DNA from: an uncultured Planctomycetota bacterium
Lineage (GTDB): Bacteria; Planctomycetota; Planctomycetia; Isosphaerales; Isosphaeraceae
Direction: 5' to 3'
Length of the DNA: 64,000 nucleotides
Assembly: GCA_963845755.1 (NCBI GenBank)
Contig: CAWJTV010000047.1
Coordinates: 128,001 to 192,000, forward strand
In this document: positions 23,440-34,076 of the stretch, piece by piece
Layout: each line of letters opens with the position of its first letter
Position numbering within the stretch: the stretch's first letter is position 1
Translations under genes and position numbers: made by a program
Notes under the pieces: generated by a model
What the model saw: only the letters and a program-made list of their open reading frames with translations
Told to the model about the DNA's origin: nothing
Databases searched by the model: none

Positions 23440-24138
23440 TCACGACTTCTTCGGATTCCTGCGACCGCGAGGCGGACTGCCGGAATTCGCGCGATCGGCT
23501 GCGGGTTTCCGGCTCGCCCGCTTCGGGCTCGCTCGAGGTGATGGGGACTCCGGAGTGTGAACCGCCTCCCCGATCTCCGACCTGGCTTGGCTCGACGGCT
23601 CCGGGAGCGAGGGTAGGACCGGCTCGAATTCGTCGTGCCAGCGGAGTTCCGCCTCGAGCTGCATGGCCCTTCGGCGGAACAGGGACACGTCGATCGGTCC
23701 GATGGCACCCCTGGCCTCGAGGTGGGTGCATTCCGCCTTGACCCCTTCCAGGGCGTTCGCGAGCGCCTGCCGCCGTGCGCGCAGGAGACCGATCAGTTCG
23801 GTCCGGTCCCAGGTGCGGCCGAACAGGAGTGCCACACCGAATGCGTCTGGACCGAAATGCAACTCGCGGATCGCGCGTTCCCGGAGAATGCGAAGCTCCC
23901 GGCGGCCCTCGTCGCTGATCTGGTAGACCGTCCGGGCCGGTCGCCGCCCCACCTGCTCGGTGCGCAACGGCTCGACCAGGCCCTCACCCTCCATCTCGCG
24001 GAGTTCCCGATACAGCGCGCCCACGCTCACCCCGCCCCAGTTGCCGACGTTCGTCTGCTCCGCATCCCGCCGGATCTGGTGGCCGTGGCGCGGGCCGTGC
24101 GCGAGCAAGCCGAGCACCATCAGTCGTGATAGATTCAT
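23440..24138 (-). CDS. PadR family transcriptional regulator
   Basis: VLGLLAHGPRHGHQI, GALYRELREMEGEGLV, RTVYQISDEGR. Confidence 0.88.
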   Translation of the reverse strand: MNLSRLMVLGLLAHGPRHGHQIRRDAEQTNVGNWGGVSVGALYRELREMEGEGLVEPLRTEQVGRRPARTVYQISDEGRRELRILRERAIRELHFGPDAFGVALLFGRTWDRTELIGLLRARRQALANALEGVKAECTHLEARGAIGPIDVSLFRRRAMQLEAELRWHDEFEPVLPSLPEPSSQARSEIGEAVHTPESPSPRASPKRASRKPAADRANSGSPPRGRRNPKKS

Positions 24139-24176
24139 AGAATTAGTATCAGGAGACTAATCGCGATTGTCAAGTC

Positions 24177-24500
24177 GTGGCAACCGATTCGCAGGAATCA
24201 CTGGTTGTTCCCAAGGATAACGATGCTGAAACGGAACGAGGATGGCGTACGGTATTCGCATACACCGCAATCCTGTGTGGTCCGCTGCTTGGAGCCTGCC
24301 TGGTGGGATTAGTCGACTCATCTCGACCGGGTGAATTCGGCGGATGCTCGAGATACGTATCGCGTGTACATATCCCTCGCGACGATGGCCGGATCCTTGA
24401 CCGGATGTGCCTTCGCGGTGACAACCCTGTTCTCGCCGCGAGCCGACGGCAAGAACCTTCCGCAGGGGAAGTTGACCGAGTCTTGGGGTGCGCTCCAGGG
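24177..24500 (+). CDS. Small hypothetical membrane protein (possibly frameshifted; limits approximate)
   Basis: Two hydrophobic segments (AYTAILCGPLLGACLVGLV; YISLATMAGSLTGCAFAV) in adjacent frames. Confidence 0.3.
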
Positions 24501-24563
24501 CACGCGATGCTCGATCACCCGGACGATCCCAGGTGCGACCTCACGGAGGAGGATTATCGATCG

Positions 24564-25914
24564 TCAGGGGAGGTTGACCCAGGCGTTTTTCATCAGACCA
24601 GTGCGGCACGTCGATGTACTCGATCTCTGTCCGCTGCACATGGTTCGCCACGTCCTGGGCCGAGTTGATTCGCTCTCCATCGATCTTCACGATCATGTCG
24701 CCCGACTCCAGGCCAACGAAACTCAGCGGGGAGTTCGGCGGCACCATCCGGGTGAGCCGAGCGCCGAACTGCTTCCCGAACGGGATCAGATGGAAGGACA
24801 TGGCGAAGTTCTGGGCGTAGAGCTCCTTCGGGACTTCGGGAGGATACGGAGTGTACTCGGGCAGGAAGGCCGTGTTGGTCAACAGCCGTCCATCCCGGTA
24901 GAACTCGACTTTGGTATCCAGATGGTGACTGTAAACGTCGATAGGACCCCAGATGGGCTGGTCGTCGAGTGTGTCGAGGATGTCTCCGGCTTTGAGACCG
25001 ACACGGCCGGCCGGCGTGCTCGGCTCCGGATCTCGGGTCAGCCTGGCTGAGAATTTTCTGAAGTTCACTGAGACGATCGTGAAGTTAAGTCCGAAGTTCG
25101 CCGCATAGTGATCGGGCTCGACTTCGCGAGGGGCGGTACCGAGCGAGAATGCATAAGGACGCTGGGCCTTCTGAGACCGTTCGTAGGTCGCCTCGGCGAG
25201 CCTCGGGAAGAATTCTCTCCACGAGACAAAGCCATCTTTATTGGCGTCGTAGGCTTCGAAGCTCGATTCGGACTCGATGAGGTTCTCGAGGATGTACGAG
25301 AACAATGCGCCGTCCTTGCCAACGGCAGCCCGCTCGCCGTAGCTGCACGAGTTGAAATCTACAAGTCCGGCGTGGTCCAGCAGGAGATTCTCGAGCAAGT
25401 TCCTGTTGGGCACCTTCTCGCCGAGCGCGAGCCCAAAAATGGGGAAAGGCACGAATTTGGGAGGAGCCCTTTCCGGGGCACAGCACTCCGTCATGACCAG
25501 GGTCAGTTTCGGCCGGACCCGTGAGGCACTCAGCAAGGTATTCCGGATCTCGTCCCGAGAGAACTTACCGACGGACGTATCCAGAATGTGAACACCCTGT
25601 CGGGATTCCCCGTGGCCCACATAGTAGAAAAGCAATGTGTCATTGCCATCGATCGGAAACGCGGAGACGCACCGCTGGATCTCTGCCAGCCCGATCCTCT
25701 CCCCGGGTATGTAAGCCGGCGTTGCGCAGGGAAGACCGCGTTGGTGGAATACCTTGATCATGGAGAGGAAGTTCTCTCCGCAGGTCCTCGCCTCGGCCTC
25801 CACCCCCTCCGCATTCGTATCACACATCACCAACGTGTAGACCGTTCGATCGGCAAACGCCGCGTCGCCGATTGCAAGCATCAGTATGCCGAGAACGAGA
25901 ACCGGTTTCCACAT
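24564..25914 (-). CDS. Secreted caspase-like (peptidase C14) protein with EF-hand loop and two PDZ-like domains
   Basis: Signal peptide; LLFYYVGHG and LVMTECC (His/Cys dyad); DANKDGFVSWRE; GLKAGDIL and GLESGDMI. A probable extra base near 24605 would give ...KNAWVNLP* at 24564. Confidence 0.7.
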
Positions 25915-26579
25915 AGCATATCCTCGACGTGTTCGCTTCGCGGAACCTGTTCGCAGCAACTCAAATGTAGAAGCCGGGAATCGGGGTTTGCAAGCGGAAT
26001 CTTCAGTGCGTGCGCCGAATCCATCCAACTGCGGTTGACGCGCCTCACCGCAGGAGCGTCCCGGAAGGTCGTGACGCACCTTCCCATCAGAATCCCGCGA
26101 AGTTCCCGTTCGGTGCGCTGCGGCTCCGATCACGTCTGGAACTCAGTATGTCATCCCATCGTGCTCGCATAAGTCGATTGTCACAAGGCAGTTGGCTCTT
26201 GGCAGAATTGCGAGCTTAAGTGAGGCTCGAACGGATATGACCCGTCCAAATATCGACGACAGGTCAGCTCAGCCCCTTGCAATCGGCGACGAAGTCCATG
26301 CCAGCGATCGTGGCTGTGTTCTCGTCAAACTTCAAGAGACTAAGGATTTCGAGGCAGCTCCTCGATAACTCCTGCTCTCTCACGAAAACGTCCGCAGCCC
26401 TGCAAGTGGCTTGACATCGACAGTCAACATCGAGAAAATCTGCCTAGTCCTCTGAAGCTCACCATTTTTCCCAGAGGTCGCAGTCGACGATCTTGTATAC
26501 TGGAGCAGACCTGACACGGACTGGTGCGTTTCCAGCGTCTGTTGTTGGGTTGACAGTCTCTTCTCGGGAGAAGGCACCT

Positions 26580-27305
26580 ATGAACGTCTGCCGCTTGTCG
26601 GGTCTGGCCGCCATCGCCGTGGTGGCTCATGCCCTGACCACCTCTGCGATTGCGCAAGCTCCCTCAAGGTCCCCGCAAGGGGAAGTCGGCCAGGTCCTCC
26701 AGGAGACCGGAGTCACGCCGGCCCAGCAGCCCGGCGTCACGCCGGCCCAGCAGCCCGGAGTCGCCCCGGTCCAGCAGCCCGGAGTCGCCCCGGCCCAACA
26801 GCGCGGAGTAGGCCCGACCAAGGTTACCCCCCAGTCACAGTACCCGACCAAGGTTACCCCCCCGTCACAGCACCCGACCAAGGTCATGCCGTCCCCGCAT
26901 GCTCCGAGCAAGGTGACGCCGGTCGCGCAGCATCCGACGTATGGACAGCCGGGCGTCGGCCCGTCGAAGCAGCAACCGGTCGTCGGACAGCCGGGCGTCG
27001 GCCCGTCGAAGCAACAGCCGGTCGTCGGACAGCCGGGCGTTGGCCCGTCGAAACAGCAACCGGTCGTCGGACAGCCGGGCGTTGGCCCGTCGAAGCAGCA
27101 GCCAGTTGTGGGTCAGCCGGGCGTCGGCCCGTCGAAGCAGCAGCCGGCTTACGGACAGCCGGGTGTCGGGCCGTCCAAGGTAACTCCTCAGTCGCAGTAT
27201 CCGGGCAAGGCCATGCCGGCCTCCCAGACCCAGCCGGGAGAGCCAGTCAAGTCCATGGAACCTCCGATCGCACCGCAGACAACCCCGGGTGCGAAGAAGG
27301 CTTGA
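26580..27305 (+). CDS. Secreted Pro/Gln/Val-rich tandem-repeat protein
   Basis: Signal peptide ending AIA-Q; repeats GVxPAQQP, PTKVTPxSQx and GQPGVGPSKQQPVV. Confidence 0.7.
   Translation: MNVCRLSGLAAIAVVAHALTTSAIAQAPSRSPQGEVGQVLQETGVTPAQQPGVTPAQQPGVAPVQQPGVAPAQQRGVGPTKVTPQSQYPTKVTPPSQHPTKVMPSPHAPSKVTPVAQHPTYGQPGVGPSKQQPVVGQPGVGPSKQQPVVGQPGVGPSKQQPVVGQPGVGPSKQQPVVGQPGVGPSKQQPAYGQPGVGPSKVTPQSQYPGKAMPASQTQPGEPVKSMEPPIAPQTTPGAKKA
26943..27179 (+). repeat. 42-bp coding tandem repeat, five copies plus a partial
   Basis: Units start at 26943, 26985, 27027, 27069, 27111 and 27153; differences are mostly synonymous. Confidence 0.9.
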
Positions 27306-27337
27306 TCTGGCCTGAAGATGGATCATCGCAGAGTCAC

Positions 27338-27372
27338 GAGACCCCGGTCACTGAACGACCGGGGTTTTCTTG
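27338..27372 (+). terminator. Intrinsic terminator
   Basis: accccggtc-actgaac-gaccggggt followed by tttctt. Confidence 0.7.
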
Positions 27373-27794
27373 TTCCCGCTGGAGCCGAAGACCCTCGCGA
27401 CGACATGCGATCGCCTGGCCGGAGCGGAGATGCCTCCAGGTTGAAGACGAGCGCGACCTAAGAAGAGGCTTTCCTCTCGTTCGCGGGCCAGTTCACCGGT
27501 CGTGAGGAGGCCGAGAAGGATCCGAAGTTGATCCTTGAGGGCGACGGGTCCATCGTGTCCCTTAGTACAACGTCGCCCCGTGTGTGGGAGAGGAAGGATC
27601 CGTCTACGTTGACGGCGGATGGGCTCATCTGTCAGTTCGAGTCATCTCCGCGTCGCTCGAACCCCCGTAAGAGAGGTCCGGGCGATCGCGTCTCGTGAAG
27701 CAATTTCCGCGGCTTTCCGTGTCGCAAGACCCGTTGGGCGACCCTCCGTAAGCGACTTGCCTGTGCGAATTCCCTCTCAACGGATCCGGCCGAC

Positions 27795-27823
27795 CCTCAT
27801 GCCGGGATGATCCCGGCATGAGG
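27795..27823 (-). terminator. Perfect 13-bp hairpin just after the stop of 27830..29017
   Basis: cctcatgccggga-tga-tcccggcatgagg; no U tract. Confidence 0.5.
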
Positions 27824-27829
27824 CGTGGC

Positions 27830-29017
27830 TCAATGGCCGGCTTGAGGAGTCGGTTGCGGTCCGGCAACGGCCAGGGATGCCGCCGGAACCATGACCTGCC
27901 GGGTCACGGCAACCTGGTGAGCGACGGGACGCGTCTGCGTCGTCATGGTCGTCACGGGGACCTGGTACGGGACGCAGACCTGCACCTGGCGGGTGACCGT
28001 TTCCGTGACCGGGCGGCAACGCACGGTCGGAACGACGATGGTTTTCTGCTCGGGGACCATCCGCGTGATGGTCACGGGGATCGTCTCGGTGATCGGCTTG
28101 GGCCGGATTTCCGTCACGGTCACATCGTAGGGCTTCATATCGATTGTGGTCACGCACTGAACGATGGTGAACGGAATCTTCTCGGTCTTCACCTCACAGA
28201 CCTGGATGGTCTCCTGGACCGGCGTGAAGGTGGTACGTTGGCGCGGGACCTTGATCGTCTCGGGTACGTGACGGACCACCTGCTTCGTGACCGCGACCTG
28301 TTGTTCGTAGCAGGTCGTGACCGGACGGTATCGCACGCAAGTCGTCGTCCCGCCGCATTGGCCACAACCCCCACCGCACTGGTGGCCGCACGGATGAGAG
28401 CAGGTCACGAACGGAACCATCGTCGTGACGGGCACCTTCTGCGTGACATAGCAGACCTGCGGCTCCACCACGGGGATCATCCGCGTCACAGGGACCATCT
28501 CGGTGACGCACTGCGGGATCATCCGCGTCACTTGCTTGGTCGCGATCACCGGCGTACAACGGGTCTGGTAGATGACCCTTTCCACGTTCTTCGTGACCGG
28601 GACCGGCTGGTAGCATTTCTTCACAACCTGGACCGGCTCGCAGACGATCCGCGTCACTCTCTGATTAATCCGCTCTTCCTTGGGGGTGCACACCGTCACC
28701 GTCCGTGTCTCATTGACCACCTCGGGGATCATCCGCGTCACAGGGACGTTCTCGGTGCGGCACTCCGTCCGATACAGCGTCTGCATATGCGTGACGGGCA
28801 CCTGGACACATTCGTACGACTGCACCGTTTCGTAGACGACCTGACATTGAGGCACCATCACCGTCGGTGCGTTCGCCTGCGCCGTGGCGACGGCCCCCGT
28901 CGGCGGTGTTGATTTTTGTTCGGCAGCCGTTTCTGACGTCCCGTAACTTGCCTGAAATTCGCCAACCACGCAGAATACGAACAGCGCAACCATACTGACC
29001 CATCTGATTCCCAGCAT
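27830..29017 (-). CDS. Secreted Val/Thr/Pro/Cys-rich repeat protein (YTV-repeat-like)
   Basis: Signal peptide; repeated VPVTRMIP / VxVCxP units; central CSHPCGHQCGGGCGQC. Confidence 0.7.
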   Translation of the reverse strand: MLGIRWVSMVALFVFCVVGEFQASYGTSETAAEQKSTPPTGAVATAQANAPTVMVPQCQVVYETVQSYECVQVPVTHMQTLYRTECRTENVPVTRMIPEVVNETRTVTVCTPKEERINQRVTRIVCEPVQVVKKCYQPVPVTKNVERVIYQTRCTPVIATKQVTRMIPQCVTEMVPVTRMIPVVEPQVCYVTQKVPVTTMVPFVTCSHPCGHQCGGGCGQCGGTTTCVRYRPVTTCYEQQVAVTKQVVRHVPETIKVPRQRTTFTPVQETIQVCEVKTEKIPFTIVQCVTTIDMKPYDVTVTEIRPKPITETIPVTITRMVPEQKTIVVPTVRCRPVTETVTRQVQVCVPYQVPVTTMTTQTRPVAHQVAVTRQVMVPAASLAVAGPQPTPQAGH

Positions 29018-29420
29018 TTATCTCACCCCCTGGTGTCAATCTTTGCCTAAAGCCTGCAACCCAGTCCGCCCGCCTCGAGCCCGATTATAGCTTAGAACTA
29101 CTTGGTTGCCAGAGTCTACCCAATATTTCCAAGTTGACGTTCCAGGGTTGCGGGTTACGTCGATCAGGAGGTCTGCCGATCGGCCGTGGGCGACCGCGGC
29201 AGGACAGAGTGCCGTGGCCTGGCGAGAGGTCGGGGAGAGAGGCGAAACATCCTGGCTTCTCTCGGGTTGCGGACTCTGCCTGAGTTCAGTATCGTCAGGA
29301 GGACGAAGTCGCGGCCCCCTATCGCGTCCCCCCCTGATCACGGGTTGGGCCGGTCGATCGTCCGTTTTCTCCGCCGAGCTTGAGGAATCTCAACCACAGT
29401 CCATTGCGGAGCCAGTCATC

Positions 29421-30323
29421 TTGTCTATAGCCAAGGCGGAACGCGAACGCAGCCTCGCCGTCTTCATCGACCTGGAGAACCTGGCGATCGGCTTCCAGAA
29501 CCAGCGGAAGATCAAGTTCGAGATCCAGAAGGTGCTGGAGCGGCTCGTTGAGAAGGGAAAACTGATCGTCAAGAAAGCCTATGCGGATTGGAGTCGGTAT
29601 CCGAGCTATACGGCCCCGTTTCACGAGGCCGCCATCGAGTTGATCGAGATCCCCAAGCGATCGCAGACCGGCAAGAACTCGGCGGACATCCGCCTGGTGG
29701 TCAACGCAATCGACCTGGCCTGGAGCAAGCCCCATGTCAACACGTTCGTGATCGTATCGGGCGATTCCGACTTCTCGCCGCTGGTTTCCAAGCTCAAGGA
29801 GAACGGCAAGCACGTGATCGGGTTGGGTATGAAAGGCTCGACGTCCGACCTGCTGCGCGACAACTGCGACGAGTTCATCTATTACGAGGATCTCGAGCGT
29901 CAGGAGCAGAACGAGCAACAGTTGGTGACCGACCTGAACTCGTACCTGCCGCCGAACCTCCCGGAGAAGCAGCGGGAGGTCTTCAGCCTGTTCATCGAGG
30001 CGTGCCATGCGCTGCGTCGCGAGAACCATGAGCAGCTCTACGCATCGATGATCAAGGACACCATGAAACGGAAGAAGCCGTCCTTCGACGAGAGCTACTT
30101 CGGATATCGCAGTTTCACCCATCTCCTGGAAGAGGCGGATAATCTCGCGCTGGCGGATATCGAGCGGAATCCCAAGAGCGGTACGTACGTCGTGACCCGC
30201 TTTTGCGGCGAACCCGAGGCGAAGACCCCGGTAGGCGGGGCCGTGGCGACTCCCGGCTCGGTTCCGGCGGCCGATCACCCGCCTCGACGCAACCGAAAGG
30301 GCCTCGGCCGTCGCAGGCGCTGA
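29421..30323 (+). CDS. NYN (LabA/DUF88, PIN-like) domain + LOTUS/OST-HTH protein
   Basis: AVFIDLENL, AYADW, GKNSADIRL, SGDSDFSPL, PSFDESYFGYRSFTHLL. Confidence 0.9.
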   Translation: MSIAKAERERSLAVFIDLENLAIGFQNQRKIKFEIQKVLERLVEKGKLIVKKAYADWSRYPSYTAPFHEAAIELIEIPKRSQTGKNSADIRLVVNAIDLAWSKPHVNTFVIVSGDSDFSPLVSKLKENGKHVIGLGMKGSTSDLLRDNCDEFIYYEDLERQEQNEQQLVTDLNSYLPPNLPEKQREVFSLFIEACHALRRENHEQLYASMIKDTMKRKKPSFDESYFGYRSFTHLLEEADNLALADIERNPKSGTYVVTRFCGEPEAKTPVGGAVATPGSVPAADHPPRRNRKGLGRRRR

Positions 30324-30475
30324 CCGTTCCCGAGCCCGGCTCTCCCCGGCCCACGGCCGTCGCGATGACTCCTGAATCCACGTCCTCTACTCGACGCGGC
30401 ACCTGGGACGTATGATAAGAAAGTGCGTAACTATCAGGTCAGGATGCGAAAGCCGGCGGTACGGGGAGTACATCC

Positions 30476-31309
30476 ATGTTCCCATATCGAGTCGAGCGGA
30501 CCTTGGGACTCTGGGCGGTTTTGATGGCATGGAGCGCCGGAGCGGGGCTTCAGGCGGGCGAGACTCAGACCGGAGACGCGCTCGCAAAATTCGGCCTGAA
30601 ACAGGCTGGGACCGTGCTCGTCCTGGATGAAGAGTCGGAGGTGCACGAGAAGACCAAAGAGGTCCGTCGGCTGTCCCGGGAACTCAGCAATGCCGTGATG
30701 CTGCAACGCAGTACCCTGAGTGAGAAAGGCTATAAAGACACGATCAAGCAACTGGGCACGGAGAACAACCAGTTCAAGGCGGAGCTCAACGCCACGAATC
30801 AGACGATCTCCCGGCTCCCCAGGTACCGTGGTCGGTTCATGAACAACATGGTCGCGGAGCAAAACTATGAGCTGAACCTCTACAAGAATCAGCTCCAGTG
30901 GGAGATCAATCAGAGGAACGCCTTCCTGACGCGGCTCAAGAGCCAGCCGTTCGACCCCAAGGCGCGTCTCAAGCGCGACTACGAGGTGCGTGACAAGGGC
31001 GAAGCGCTGCACCAGGCCGGCCAGGACCTGCGCCAGGCCGTCGATGCGATCAAGCAGAAATACGAGGAGATCGGCAAGGATCCCGCATTCAAGAAGGCGC
31101 TGAGTCCCGTGGAGCGCAAAGCGGGCTCGCGGCTCAAATTGGGCCCTTCCCACCAGTTCCAGCTCGACGTCAAGCTGCTGGAGCGGCTCGAGGCACAAGA
31201 GTCGCCCGGCGACTCGACAGCCAAAGGAACACGGAAGACCCATCGGACCAGCAAGGAGCGACGATCGACCAAGGCGGCCGGCGACGCGGACTCGGGGACC
31301 CCGTTCTGA
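30476..31309 (+). CDS. Secreted coiled-coil protein, paralogue of the N-terminal part of the next gene
   Basis: Signal peptide; KLGPSHQFQLDVKLLERLE versus KLGPSSQFLDNVKLLERIE in the neighbour. Confidence 0.7.
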   Translation: MFPYRVERTLGLWAVLMAWSAGAGLQAGETQTGDALAKFGLKQAGTVLVLDEESEVHEKTKEVRRLSRELSNAVMLQRSTLSEKGYKDTIKQLGTENNQFKAELNATNQTISRLPRYRGRFMNNMVAEQNYELNLYKNQLQWEINQRNAFLTRLKSQPFDPKARLKRDYEVRDKGEALHQAGQDLRQAVDAIKQKYEEIGKDPAFKKALSPVERKAGSRLKLGPSHQFQLDVKLLERLEAQESPGDSTAKGTRKTHRTSKERRSTKAAGDADSGTPF

Positions 31310-31362
31310 CGTCGCGATCGGTCCCGGACAACGGTGTCTCGACCTCGGGAGGAGATCTCACC

Positions 31363-32580
31363 ATGGTTCCGTTCCGGCTGCGGTGGCTTCCGGGCTTCAC
31401 GATCCTGCTCACGGCATCCGCCACGAGCGGGCTGAGGGCCTCCGACGCCTCGCCCGAGGAGGTGCTCAAGTCGCATCACCTGAAGCGGGTGGGCACGACT
31501 TACGTCATCCCCGCCGACTCCGAGGTTCAGAAGAAGACCAGTGCACTCAAGGTCCTCTCGGGACAATTGAACCTGGCTGTGCGCCGGCAACAGAACAACG
31601 AGCGGGAGATCGAGGACCAGCAAGTCATGTTGCGCGAGCTGATCCAGCGTCGCGTCGCGCTCCATGACACGATCGTCGGGTTGGACCAGCAGCTCAACGC
31701 CTCGGCCGGGCCGGCTCGCGTCAATCCGTTCGTCGCCGCCCAGCGCAATGACGTGGTCATTCAACGCAATCAGCTCGTCGCGAACATCAATGGGGTCTCG
31801 GATCGAATCGGGCTTCTCCAGACCAGCGAAGCGGCCGATCCCAAGGTCCGAAATCAGATCGAGGGAGAACTCTCGCGGCGGCGCGAGTCGTTCATCCAGG
31901 CCGTCCTGGACCTCCGCCAACTGGTCAACGCCGCGACCAGCGCATACGTCGAGCTCGGCCACGATGACGAGGTTCAAGGGGCGCTCGCCGCCCTCGGCCG
32001 CTCCGCGAAGTCCAAGCCGAAGCTGGGACCATCCTCCCAGTTCCTGGACAACGTCAAGCTCCTCGAACGGATCGAGAAATCCGTGATCACGGATTCCGCC
32101 GAGCTGCACAAGGAAGGCGGCGTATTCTGGGTGAATGTCACGTTCAACGGCAAGATGACCAAATCCATGGTCTTCGATACCGGGGCCAGCCTGACGACCA
32201 TCCCCGCGGGAATGGCCACCGAGATGGGCCTGACGCCGTCGTCCTCGGACCCCGTGATCGTCTGCGAGACCGCCGATGGGACCAGGGTCGAAGCCAGGCG
32301 GAAGACAATCCCGTCGATGCGAGTCGGGCGTTTCACGATCAATAACGTCGACTGCGCGGTCATGCCTGCCAGCAAGGGGAATATCGCGCCGCTCCTCGGC
32401 CAGAGCTTCCATCGCCACTTCACGTACAAGTTCACCCCGGAGAGCGGGCACCTGGTGATGTCGAGAGTCGAGCTCCCTGACCAGCCTCAGCCCAAGTCAG
32501 CGCGACCGTCGAAGAGCGCGGTCAAGGGAAAGCGCACCACCAAATCGAAAGCGACCGCGGGCCGGACTGAGGGGCTGTAA
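31363..32580 (+). CDS. Secreted coiled-coil + clan AA (retropepsin-like) aspartic protease
   Basis: MVFDTGASLT, CETADG, PLLGQSF. Confidence 0.85.
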   Translation: MVPFRLRWLPGFTILLTASATSGLRASDASPEEVLKSHHLKRVGTTYVIPADSEVQKKTSALKVLSGQLNLAVRRQQNNEREIEDQQVMLRELIQRRVALHDTIVGLDQQLNASAGPARVNPFVAAQRNDVVIQRNQLVANINGVSDRIGLLQTSEAADPKVRNQIEGELSRRRESFIQAVLDLRQLVNAATSAYVELGHDDEVQGALAALGRSAKSKPKLGPSSQFLDNVKLLERIEKSVITDSAELHKEGGVFWVNVTFNGKMTKSMVFDTGASLTTIPAGMATEMGLTPSSSDPVIVCETADGTRVEARRKTIPSMRVGRFTINNVDCAVMPASKGNIAPLLGQSFHRHFTYKFTPESGHLVMSRVELPDQPQPKSARPSKSAVKGKRTTKSKATAGRTEGL

Positions 32581-32585
32581 ACAGT

Positions 32586-33979
32586 TCAGCCGGAGCGCGA
32601 GGGGTGTCCCGGATCGTCCCGAGCGACAAGGCGCATGTGCAGCCCGTGCTTGGGGCGAAGGGTGATCGATGGCAAGAGCTCGAGCGTTTGCCCGGGCTCG
32701 ATGTCCAGACGATATCGCCGTGCGATTGTGGCGAGGATCAAGACCGCCTCCATCATCGCGAAGTGATTGCCGATGCAGATCCTTGGCCCGTCTCCGAAGG
32801 GGAAATACGCGCAGCGTGGCAGCCGCTTGACCAGGTCGTGATCCCAGCGCTCGGGCCGAAACATGTCTGGGTCGTCGAACCATCGTCCATCGCGATGGAC
32901 GAGCCACTGGGTCATGAAGATCTGCGTTCCCTTGGGGGCGTGATAGCCGCCGATCTCGCAGTCTCCGAGCGCCTCGCGGGCGATCCCCCAGGCTGGGGGA
33001 TAGAGTCGCATCGCCTCGCGGACGACCCACTCCGTGTATTTCAAGTTCGGGACATCGGCCATCGTGGGCGACCGGTCGGGAATGATTTCGCGGAGCTCGC
33101 CGGCCAGGCGTTCCTCGACGTCTGGTGACTGGGCCATCAGGTAGAAGGCGTAGAACAAGGCCAGCGCCGTCGTCTCGTGGCCGGCGAGGACCAGGGTGAC
33201 GATCTCGTCTCGGAGCTGGCGATCGGTCATGCCGCGGTTGTCCTCATCGCGTGCCGACAGCAGGCGCGACAGGAGGTCGCCGCGATCGCGGCCGTCAGCC
33301 CGATGGGCCCGGATGATCCCGTAGATGATCGCGTCGAGCCGAGCGATCGCGCCCCAGTACCGACGGCTCGAAGGGAGGGGCAAGTAATCGAGGAACCGGA
33401 ACCACCGCAACGGGCTCATGAAGTGATTCATGACGACCTCGAGCGATTGGCCCACCGTCTCCGCATCGCCCGAAAGCTCGGCATCGAAGAGCGTCCGGGC
33501 GACGATGCCCAGCGTCAGACGCATCAGGTCCTCGTGCGGGTCGCGGACATCTCCCGCGCGCAGGACTCGAGCATCCGCTCCGTATTCTCGACCATCACGG
33601 CCGCATAGCGCTCGATCTGCGCGTGCTGGAATGTCGGCTGGGCAAGCCGGCGCTGTCGACGCCAGAACGTCCCCTCACTCGTCAGGAGACCCTCGCCCAG
33701 CAGCGGGACCAGCCATCGCGTCAACCGGTCTTTCCTGAAGTTGTCCGCGTGGCTGCGCAAGACGAATTCGATGTGCTCGGGGTGACTGACCAGATACGTC
33801 CGCAGGTTACCGAGCCGGAGCCAGACGACATCGCCGTACTCCCGCATCGCACCGTGAATGAACCCCATCGGGTCGCGGAGATAGTCGAAGGTGCTTCCCA
33901 GCAGGAGGCTGCCCTTCGGTCCCGGGGGATACTTCTTTTGCGCCGGGGCTCGGCCCTTGAGCGCGGTGCCGCTGGACAT
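32586..33979 (-). CDS. Cytochrome P450 (frameshift near 33550)
   Basis: PPGP, GLLTSEG, AGHETT, EAMRLYPP, FRPERW, FGDGPRICIG. Confidence 0.92.
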
Positions 33980-34076
33980 CGCGGTCGGTCCTCCTCGGTG
34001 GGATCCGGGCCTCGATCGCGGCCCGCAAGTGCGGAATCCTCTCCTCGATGCCCTCGAAGCAACGCCGGTCTCGCGG

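Noticed and set aside
26943..27179. CRISPR array
   Set aside because: Units are contiguous with no unique spacers, are in frame, and no cas genes are nearby.
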